Under the pieces are notes generated by a model. That model saw nothing but the letters and a program-made list of their open reading frames with translations, made no database searches and was not told where the DNA came from. DNA of 25,346 bases from Savitreella phatthalungensis (taxonomy: Eukaryota): NCBI GenBank assembly GCA_051599415.1, contig AP039690.1, positions 930,001 to 955,346 on the forward strand, read 5' to 3'. Of the stretch, positions 18,598-25,346 are shown one piece after another. A program made the position numbers and the translations under genes. Position 1 is the stretch's first letter; every line of letters starts with the position of its first letter.

Positions 18598-19893
18598 ATG
18601 GAGCTGGACCTCGTCGCACCTGTTGACAGTAGAGGGACGAACAGCGCGGCTAAGGACGAGGCTCTGCAACTTTCAAATGTTGCGTTGGGATTGATAGACG
18701 ATGTTCAGACCGAGCGAACTCATGCTCAAGTCCTGACGCCGCGAATGATTCGCGCGAAAGCGCTTGTGCTCGTCGATCTTGCCCTCAACGAGGCAGCGCT
18801 CGCGACTGATTTTGTCTCTCTTCTTCTGTCGCGCACTAAGACAAATGCCTCGCAAGGAATATCACCAGCATTGCGGCAGGTCGTTCCTCCCGGCACGCTG
18901 GTGTATGATCAATATTCCCCGGTCGAGCAGGCGATAATGGTCTCCGAAGCGCACGGTCTCCTATTGCGAGCGGCTAGTGCTAGCTTCCGCAGACTATATG
19001 TTGCATCAGTCCGAACGCGCCGATTTTCGTTCCGAGAGCAGCGCTTCTGGCGGGAAGTGAAAGGGGTTGCTGATCGAGGTTGGCCCACTAGGCATGGATC
19101 CGCCGCTGTGAGTGTTCGCTATGGTACGACGGGCGCGCATACTATACATCTGAGGAGCGCCGAAAGCGGCTTGATCGACTCCTCGAGTCTCGAGAGCAGA
19201 TCGGTCGATATAGCCGTCATCATCGTGTACAACGGAGAGGTTGTCGAATGTGCCAGCACATTTGTTGGCAAGCAAGGCGAGGCGCTTGACGATCGGTTGG
19301 CTACAGCAAGGAAGAGCATCTTCGCCCGGAGCTTATTTAGGCGGGTCCTATCAGAGGCTCAGACAGCTTGCGTCGGATGGTCCGCGGAATCTATCGAATG
19401 GCCGGTCGACGCAGAGATGCGAGTGCGAATCGAGCTTGGCTCTGGCGATGCCATACAGAGGGGATCACGAGCGCAGGTGCTTTTGCGACAGCTGATACGA
19501 GGCGCTCCACTGTGTCAACTAGTGGATTTACTCGGACATGGCAAGGAACGCAGGCTCATGTCGAACAAGCTGGCGGACAGCTGCGGAAAGGTTGTGGCAG
19601 TCGAGACGATCGGCACGCGTACGACTTGGCGTGTCCAGTATTTTGGACAGACCATCTTGATCCGACTCGCGAATTTGAATTACATGGTGAGGTTCGACGA
19701 CAATTCGGAATGCACTTCGCGGCAGGAAGCCCTCAGGATCATTCTGGCCCGCCTCGAACAGATTCTGTACGCACATCTGCAGACGCAACTGGGCCTCGAG
19801 CGCGCGGGCCACGATATCTTCAGCGGTCACACATACAGACAAACCTGGAACTCAGTATTGGTGGACAACAAGCCTGTAGACACGCTCTCATGA
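18598..19893 (+). CDS. MED17: Mediator head subunit Med17 (Srb4), short and divergent
   Basis: ALNEAALATDFVSLLLS, ISPALRQVVPPGTL, REQRFW..V....GW, VRYG and ARKSIF..SLF..V.SEA motifs. Confidence 0.85.
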   Translation: MELDLVAPVDSRGTNSAAKDEALQLSNVALGLIDDVQTERTHAQVLTPRMIRAKALVLVDLALNEAALATDFVSLLLSRTKTNASQGISPALRQVVPPGTLVYDQYSPVEQAIMVSEAHGLLLRAASASFRRLYVASVRTRRFSFREQRFWREVKGVADRGWPTRHGSAAVSVRYGTTGAHTIHLRSAESGLIDSSSLESRSVDIAVIIVYNGEVVECASTFVGKQGEALDDRLATARKSIFARSLFRRVLSEAQTACVGWSAESIEWPVDAEMRVRIELGSGDAIQRGSRAQVLLRQLIRGAPLCQLVDLLGHGKERRLMSNKLADSCGKVVAVETIGTRTTWRVQYFGQTILIRLANLNYMVRFDDNSECTSRQEALRIILARLEQILYAHLQTQLGLERAGHDIFSGHTYRQTWNSVLVDNKPVDTLS

Positions 19894-19896
19894 ACA

Positions 19897-20418
19897 TTAC
19901 TCCTTCCGCTGCTCGCCGTACTTTGCAGTGTCGACGCCGTGATGTGGATGATTGACCAAGTTGAACCATGGAATCAATCCAAACAAAAGGCCGGAGTAGG
20001 TCGAATTTCTCGCAGCCACGGTCTGCATGTAAGGAGAAAGCTCCGACTCCCCGTAGACGGACTTCCCATCGGCTACCCGCGCGGACAGCTCCTTCAAATC
20101 GCGCTCCTGCTCCGGCTGGTTCTCCCGCCAGCCCCAAAAGCGTTGCTGTGACCTATTGTACGCGTAGAGAAATCCTCCAATGGCGCCTAGAGACCATGAT
20201 GTTCGCATGACAGACGCCATCGCACCACTACGAGCATACTTTGCACTCATCGTAGGTTCAGATCGTTCCCAGAGCGCCATAAGCGCTGGGAAGCCACTCG
20301 CCAGACCTGCCATGTACGCCCAGTCAGACCATCTTGCGTAGCGTATCACTCTGAAAAAGTGAGGATCAGTGTCGATCACCGGATATGGCGTTGAGAGCTG
20401 CTGCGCCGTGTGCGACAT
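19897..20418 (-). CDS. NUXM: NADH-ubiquinone oxidoreductase ~21 kDa accessory subunit (NUXM / Nuo20.9)
   Basis: YPVIDTDPHFFRVIRYAR.SD, RFWGWREN..E and PWFNLVNHPHHGVDTAKY motifs. Confidence 0.95.
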   Translation of the reverse strand: MSHTAQQLSTPYPVIDTDPHFFRVIRYARWSDWAYMAGLASGFPALMALWERSEPTMSAKYARSGAMASVMRTSWSLGAIGGFLYAYNRSQQRFWGWRENQPEQERDLKELSARVADGKSVYGESELSPYMQTVAARNSTYSGLLFGLIPWFNLVNHPHHGVDTAKYGEQRKE

Positions 20419-20866
20419 GACCTCGTCGTTGCGCCGATATGGTGATTGTCGTGAAGTTTTATTCTGGGTTCATATACGTACATATTTGTCGCTAGAGTCG
20501 AAATCAAATGCATCGCAAGATCTCGCCAGGTCCTTCCGGCTGATTTCCGGTATCGGTAGGATTTCCCCGACCAGTTGCACGGAAATTACGAAAATCAATT
20601 GACACGATTCGATCTTTGTGCAGCGTGTACTGCCACAAAGACTCGGTGTCGAAGTCGAGTCCGGAGACAGCGCGTTCGTACGATGGCTCCTTCACCCGTA
20701 TCCCTCGCTGAGTCCGACTGCGGCACGCGATAGGCCCTGGCATCATCAGAGACGCCCTTTCCTCAGCCGCCCGTTCGGCGAGAATTAGCTATGGACGAGG
20801 ACCTAGGTCTGCGCATAAACGCGACCGGATTCTGCTCATTCACGTGCTCGACACCCACACAATGTA

Positions 20867-21403
20867 TCATCTTGATCTACGTTCCTGGTACTCACGCCGT
20901 GTGAGTCTGCGATGTACGCCGATAAGCCCAGAATTCGCCCAATGCGGCTTTGGCTCGCGGTAAAATTCGACAAAGCCTAACTGGTCGAATATTCTGACGG
21001 TCGATGGCAGATCCGCACGGTGCATAACGGTCACCGTTTGTTGATCCAGCTGCCGGAAAGCTATGTCCACCAGCGTGCTCGACATTTCAAGAGCGTAGTG
21101 ATTCTGCCGGTACTCGGGATAGACGAAAAGTGACATTAGCTCACATCGCTTCTCTTCGCGACAAGCCATGATGGTCCCATTATCTGTTTGCTCGAGCATC
21201 AGCATGCATACTCCAATCGGTCGTTCTTGTCGCGTATCTGTAAGCGTGTAAAAGAAATATGCTCTGAGGCCTCCCCGATCGCTTGTCTCTAACCAAGCTG
21301 GGACTCGCTCTTCGTACCAGCCGCACTGCCTGCGCATCTTCTGCCACTCCGACTGGTCTCCTGGGTTATTACGGACTTGCCGCATGGACAAAGTTGAGGA
21401 CAT
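20867..21403 (-). CDS. GNAT family N-acetyltransferase
   Basis: MRRQCGW, PIGVCML, motif A LMSLFVYPEYRQNHYA and motif B IFDQLGF. The track start at 21409 is GTG; ATG at 21403. Confidence 0.8.
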   Translation of the reverse strand: MSSTLSMRQVRNNPGDQSEWQKMRRQCGWYEERVPAWLETSDRGGLRAYFFYTLTDTRQERPIGVCMLMLEQTDNGTIMACREEKRCELMSLFVYPEYRQNHYALEMSSTLVDIAFRQLDQQTVTVMHRADLPSTVRIFDQLGFVEFYREPKPHWANSGLIGVHRRLTRREYQERRSR

Positions 21404-21617
21404 AGCCACGCTACGCGGGAGTTAGATCCACATGTATCTGAAAAAGACGCTCTGACGACACCTTGTCGGTCGGCTCTGTTGACCTGTATCCATCGACAGA
21501 AGTTCAAAATTGCAATTTAAAGTCCGAATTGGCCAGGCGTGAATTGAGCCACCTTGATAGTTCAGATCTGACCAGGCCCAGCGTGTGGGATCAGATCAAT
21601 ACGCATTGCAACGTGCT

Positions 21618-21653
21618 TGACGTCTGTGCGTGACTGAGGCAACGATTTATAAA
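21618..21653 (+). promoter_or_regulatory. CRE-like TGACGTC and TATA box (TATAAA) of the small GPI-type gene
   Basis: TGACGTC at 21618-21624. TATAAA at 21648-21653, about 95-100 nt before the ATG at 21748. Confidence 0.5.
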
Positions 21654-21747
21654 GGAGTGTGCTCGGACGAGAGCTCGTCTTTTCTACGACACACACTCGA
21701 ATTGTCAACTCCCATCTCCGACCGACAGATTCACTCGTTTGCCCAAT

Positions 21748-22083
21748 ATGCAGGTCCTCCACTTCCTCGCACTCGCAATCACAACCGCTTTTGCTCAGGT
21801 GGGCAATGACACCGATGGCACTAGCCTGGTCAACGGCACCACGTCTGACATGGTTCCAACCATCACGAACGTTACAGGCGTTGTACCTGAGATTACGGGA
21901 AATGACACCATACCTATAACCACTCCAACCAATGGAACTGACGACAGTGCTGGCACTGGCTCTGGCGCTGTCCCTAGTACCAATCCCTTGCCTGCCAACA
22001 ACCCTTCGTCCAGCGCAGGCAGCCGCCAAGCGTTGGCACTCATCTCACTCACAGGCTGTGCGGCACTTGCGTCATTCTTCTAA
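21748..22083 (+). CDS. Small secreted Ser/Thr-rich, probably GPI-anchored cell-surface glycoprotein (111 aa)
   Basis: Signal peptide MQVLHFLALAITTAFA/Q, five N-X-T sequons (NDT, NGT, NVT, NDT, NGT), and an SSSAG omega-like site followed by a hydrophobic tail. Confidence 0.85.
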   Translation: MQVLHFLALAITTAFAQVGNDTDGTSLVNGTTSDMVPTITNVTGVVPEITGNDTIPITTPTNGTDDSAGTGSGAVPSTNPLPANNPSSSAGSRQALALISLTGCAALASFF

Positions 22084-22358
22084 GCGCAGCATCACTTTAG
22101 ACCTAGCTCTCTCGTCCCACGTTCGCAATGCATGTCATTCGTCTACCTCGTACGTGTCACATAATCTGAGTCCGTACGGTGTCCAATCGTATCTGTTCCA
22201 ATGTGCATGTCGCTGGCATGATGAGCAGAGATGTTTTATCGCGTGACCGAATTTCCGACCAATCGATCGGACGGAGCGGGAACATGTTTGCTTTGAAGGG
22301 TCGAAGACGGACGAGTACTTGAGAATCGCAGCGCGCTAGTAATCGACAAATCGTTATC

Positions 22359-23306
22359 ATGAAGCTGCGATTCTTGACAGATGTTGGTACGGTATTCGGC
22401 TTGCTCTTGCGAGAACAGACACAATTTTCTCGGCCACCGATGCTGCCAGCACCGAGATTTCAAGGGTCGGGGATTGTCACACAGTCTCCCACTGCCAGCC
22501 AAACGATACCAGTGCCCAGACATTCAAATACGTCAGAACGTAGACTGACGACCTCGCTGTGGACGTATGCAACACCAACTCTCAAGCCATCCAAATCCAT
22601 TGCACAACGAGTTGCCGCTACGAGCGAGCCATTGTGGACCACAGTGGGCTTCGCTCAGTATAGCGTTGGGCTATCACGATCAAAGGCATGGGTTGATATA
22701 GGCACGCTCGATCTAGATGCTCAACTCGCCGAGTCCTTCAAGACTCGTGCAACCGCTAGTGAGATCGCAGACACGACGATATACGCCTTGTATCATGACA
22801 CTTGTGTGGACGCGACAAGCGGTACGAATCTCCACCTAAAACTTTCATGGGCGGGCCAATTTGAAGATTTATCGGGACTTCCAGATCGAATCGCTGTACG
22901 CGACGTGCTGTTCCAATCAATCTGGAAAGCGCTTGGCCAACTCAAGGATCGACATGTGAGTGATTGCTATTACGATTGCACCGGGGGAGGAGCCTGGTTC
23001 ACGTTCCCTTCGATCGACATCGGCGCAGCCTGCGGACCGGAAGCAGAACGAACTTGCGACGGGATCTGCGAGATTTCCAAAGGGCAATGCATACACAAAG
23101 CGGTCGCAAGGGCTCTGCCTTATCAATGGCGGGCTTATGTACAAGATGCGGAGGGCGGTCGGGAGCCTGCTTGGCTGGAGCTGAAGTTCGTCTCGACCGG
23201 CTGGTATTTTGAAGACGATGCGCAAAGCGGTCCGCTGATTTTGAGTAGCCCACCGAAGTATGTGAATCCTGTGGTTCACGTCGACGTGAATGAATTGCAA
23301 GATTAG
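22359..23306 (+). CDS. Hypothetical protein with a Cys-rich C-terminal domain, possibly secreted; last gene before the telomere
   Basis: 315-aa ATG ORF with a P/S/T-rich linker, then a globular-looking region with 7 Cys (CYYDC..ACG..TCDGIC..QC). The signal peptide is weak. Confidence 0.7.
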   Translation: MKLRFLTDVGTVFGLLLREQTQFSRPPMLPAPRFQGSGIVTQSPTASQTIPVPRHSNTSERRLTTSLWTYATPTLKPSKSIAQRVAATSEPLWTTVGFAQYSVGLSRSKAWVDIGTLDLDAQLAESFKTRATASEIADTTIYALYHDTCVDATSGTNLHLKLSWAGQFEDLSGLPDRIAVRDVLFQSIWKALGQLKDRHVSDCYYDCTGGGAWFTFPSIDIGAACGPEAERTCDGICEISKGQCIHKAVARALPYQWRAYVQDAEGGREPAWLELKFVSTGWYFEDDAQSGPLILSSPPKYVNPVVHVDVNELQD

Positions 23307-23510
23307 CGAGATACATACTTCCAGACGAGCAATGGATTACATCAGACACATACGCATGAAACGGATCGTTAAGCCCATCGCAAACGGATTGTTCACCCGC
23401 TATATCAGAACGCTCCGCGAAGCGACAGCAAATTCAGACCTCTCTGCGTCCCAAACTGCATCCCAAACTGGAGCGCTCAACAATTTTGTAGCATGCCCAC
23501 CGGCAGCAGT

Positions 23511-23539
23511 AGCAGCAGCAGCAGCAGCAGCAGCAGCAG
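23511..23539 (+). repeat. (AGC)9 microsatellite at the start of the subtelomeric block
   Basis: Read directly from the sequence. Confidence 0.9.
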
Positions 23540-24189
23540 TGGTGGTGGCAGTGTTAGAATGAGTGAAGGTAATGGCAGGAATAGTCAGTGTGGTAGGGGT
23601 AGCAGCCATCACAGTCTATAAAACACAGACTAGATAGTAGAATGAGGCATACAAGGAGCACAGACAGGCACAGACACAACATAGTGGACAGATTACAGTG
23701 CATGACAGTGGCAAGTACATGCGACGGTGCACGAGACAGTCAAGAGGAGCAAGTGAGAGTGAATTAGAGTGAGTTGTGGCATAAAGGGCACAGCACAGCG
23801 CCAGCAATGGATTGGACAAGCAACAGTGGAGGAAACAGTGCATGCCATGTGACAATGGAGTCAATCACAGTCAATTGATGTTGCACAACAGGCGCCAGCA
23901 TGAGACCAGGGCCAAGTAGATGACGTTCACAACAAGCAGAGACAGAGTCGGTGGCAGGGGCCAGGTGTTCAAACAACAAGTGACAGTGCAGGAATGATAT
24001 ATATCAAGTGATGTTGCAGTTTGAACAGATGACAGCATTTGACAAATTGCAGTACGGTGATGGAACAAAGTACAGTGCAGGCAACAGTGAGTGACAGAAA
24101 CAGAAAACAGGAGATGACAGGTGAACAGCAATTGGCAGATCAAGGGTTTGACAAATGCCAGGCCACAGAGCAGGGCAGTGGGTCACGTG

Positions 24190-24550
24190 ACGGTGCAGGT
24201 AACAGCATTTAGCAGATGATGGTGCAAGTAAGGATATTTGACAGAGAAAGGGCACAAAACAGCAGTTGGCAGAATGACAGTGCAGGTAATGGCATTTGGC
24301 GGGCATCAGCATTTGGCAGGTGATGGCATTTGACAAATGTGTTGCAGGTAATGGCGTTTGACAGATGTGTTGCAGGTTATGGCATTTGACAGGTGTGTTG
24401 CAGGTAAAGATGTTTGACAGGTGGCAGGGCAGGTAACAGCATTTGGCAGGCAACATGCAGGTAAAAGCATGTGACAGGTGACATGCAGGCAACAGCGTGT
24501 GGCAGGTGACATGCAGGTAACAGCATTTAGCAGGCGACGGTGCAGTTGCA
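24190..24550 (+). repeat. Subtelomeric 28-bp minisatellite (consensus ~RGCATTTGRCAGGTGWSWTGCAGGTAAY)
   Basis: Unit starts at 24325, 24353, 24381, 24409, 24438, 24466, 24494 and 24522. More degenerate copies extend back to ~24190. Confidence 0.88.
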
Positions 24551-24562
24551 GATGAAACAGAT

Positions 24563-24581
24563 GGGGGGGGGGGGGGGGGGG
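24563..24581 (+). repeat. Poly-G tract (G19)
   Basis: Read directly. The exact length is unreliable in nanopore-derived sequence. Confidence 0.85.
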
Positions 24582-24736
24582 CGGTTAACAGTCGGGATGT
24601 GAGGAGCAAATGGCATGGGATGTTCCAGGTAATAAATAAGGGGAAGAGTGTCAGATAGATGAGGAATAGAGGGCAGGAGTACAGCAAAGAGAGGAGCAGC
24701 AAGGAGACAGCAAGATGATAATGATGTTGAAGACCA

Positions 24737-24940
24737 GCAGGGGCACATGCGTGCGGACAAGAGTAGTGTAGCAAGGCAGCAGGCGTGAGCAGAGAAACAG
24801 GGTTAGCAAGCAAGCAAGCAAGCGAGCAAGCAAGCAAGCAAGCGAGCAAGCAAGCAAGCAAGCAAGCAAAGCGGAGCGAGGGTTGGGGCATTGGTTAGTT
24901 TGACGGCGGTTAGTTTTTGTGGGTCAGAGTCAGGGTCAGG

Positions 24941-24998
<58 letters not shown>

Positions 24999-25160
24999 AG
25001 CAGAGGCATATGCGTGAGGACAAGTGTAGTGCAGCAAGGCAGCAGGCGTGAGCAGAGAAACAAGGTTAGCAAGCAAGCGAGCAAGCAAGCAAGCAAGCAA
25101 AGCGAAGCGAGGGTTGGGGCATTGGTTAGTTTGACGGCGGTTAGTTTTTGTGTGTCAGGG
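24737..25160 (+). repeat. Telomere-associated tandem duplication (period ~263 bp); each copy has a (GCAA/GCGA)n tract
   Basis: Copy 1 starts at 24737 and copy 2 at 25000. Both share GCAAGGCAGCAGGCGTGAGCAGAGAAACA and GCGAGGGTTGGGGCATTGGTTAGTTTGACGGCGGTTAGTTTTTGTG. The tetramer tract has 16 units (24806-24869) versus 8 units (25069-25100). Confidence 0.93.
24924..25001 (+). repeat. Interstitial telomere-variant array TCAGAG (TCAGGG)2 (TGAGGG)8 TGAAGG TGAAGC
   Basis: Read directly. In copy 1 it occupies the position where copy 2 has TCAGGG(TTAGGG)n. Confidence 0.9.
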
Positions 25161-25284
25161 TTAGGGTTAGGGTTAGGGTTAGGGTTAGGGTTAGGGTTAG
25201 GGTTAGGGTTAGGGTTAGGGTTAGGGTTAGGGTTAGGGTTAGGGTTAGGGTTAGGGTTAGGGTTAGGGTTAGGGTTAGGGTTAG
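25161..25284 (+). repeat. Telomere (TTAGGG)20 + TTAG
   Basis: Perfect hexamer array with the G-rich strand running 5'->3' toward the end. Confidence 0.98.
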
Positions 25285-25346
25285 CTGTTCTCGCAAAGGC
25301 AGAAAGTAGTCTTAACCTTAGCAATACGTAACTGAACGAAGTACAC
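25284..25346 (-). other. Untrimmed Oxford Nanopore native barcode (NB06/BC06 as recalled) and ligation adapter; technical artefact
   Basis: GCTG flank, then TTCTCGCAAAGGCAGAAAGTAGTC (25288-25311, reverse complement of GACTACTTTCTGCCTTTGCGAGAA), then TTAACCTT (25312-25319), then AGCAATACGTAACTGAACGAAGTAC (reverse complement of the ONT adapter GTACTTCGTTCAGTTACGTATTGCT). Confidence 0.96.

Noticed and set aside
18455..18610. RNase MRP-like words (GAAGTCCC...CAATGGAGCT) and small hairpins in the transporter/MED17 promoter
   Set aside because: The spacing is far too short, P4 pairing is poor, and the second word is simply the MED17 start codon context.
19368..19955. 195-aa alternate-frame ORF and the many other short overlapping or antisense ORFs
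   Set aside because: They are shadows of well-supported genes in GC-rich coding DNA and show no motifs.
24190..24550. 28-bp repeats as a CRISPR array
   Set aside because: The units are head-to-tail with no unique spacers, the context is eukaryotic, and there are no cas genes.
23616..25331. ORFs in the subtelomere and telomere (24004..24891, 24803..25324, 25014..25331 and others)
   Set aside because: They are translations of micro/minisatellites and telomere repeats (LACL, NP, HP and GL runs), and two run into adapter sequence.
25285..25346. Unique sequence distal to the telomere as a fusion, interstitial telomere or capping element
   Set aside because: It matches the ONT barcode flank and adapter.
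1..25346. Transposon, tRNA, rRNA or telomerase RNA genes
   Set aside because: By eye I found no RT, transposase or helicase ORF, no LTR or TIR, no cloverleaf with A/B boxes, and no internal CTAACCCTAA template outside the terminal repeats.

Overview
Right end of a chromosome from a very compact, intron-poor fungal genome. The standard genetic code, a complex I subunit and TTAGGG telomeres suggest an ascomycete, possibly Taphrinomycotina (inference only). Positions 1-23306 hold 17 tightly packed, apparently intronless genes: ISN1 (5'-partial), TANGO2, an orphan ORF, MGM101, CSM3/swi3, SKI2, DUF1365, GMPPA-type GDP-mannose pyrophosphorylase, a GATA factor, a GT32-like glycosyltransferase, an MFS transporter, a nucleotide-sugar transporter, MED17, NUXM, a GNAT, a small GPI-type glycoprotein and a Cys-rich unknown. 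From ~23500 the composition switches abruptly to a purine-skewed, CpG-depleted subtelomere. It contains a 28-bp minisatellite, a G19 tract and a duplicated ~263-bp terminal unit whose first copy ends in variant (TCAGGG/TGAGGG) repeats and whose second runs into (TTAGGG)20. The last ~60 nt are an untrimmed Oxford Nanopore native barcode and adapter, not biology. The best leads are a CpG-directed mutation signature confined to the subtelomeric repeats, the telomere-variant duplication, a candidate structured RNA at 20599-20855 and a possible glycosylation gene neighbourhood. None is proof of a new system.
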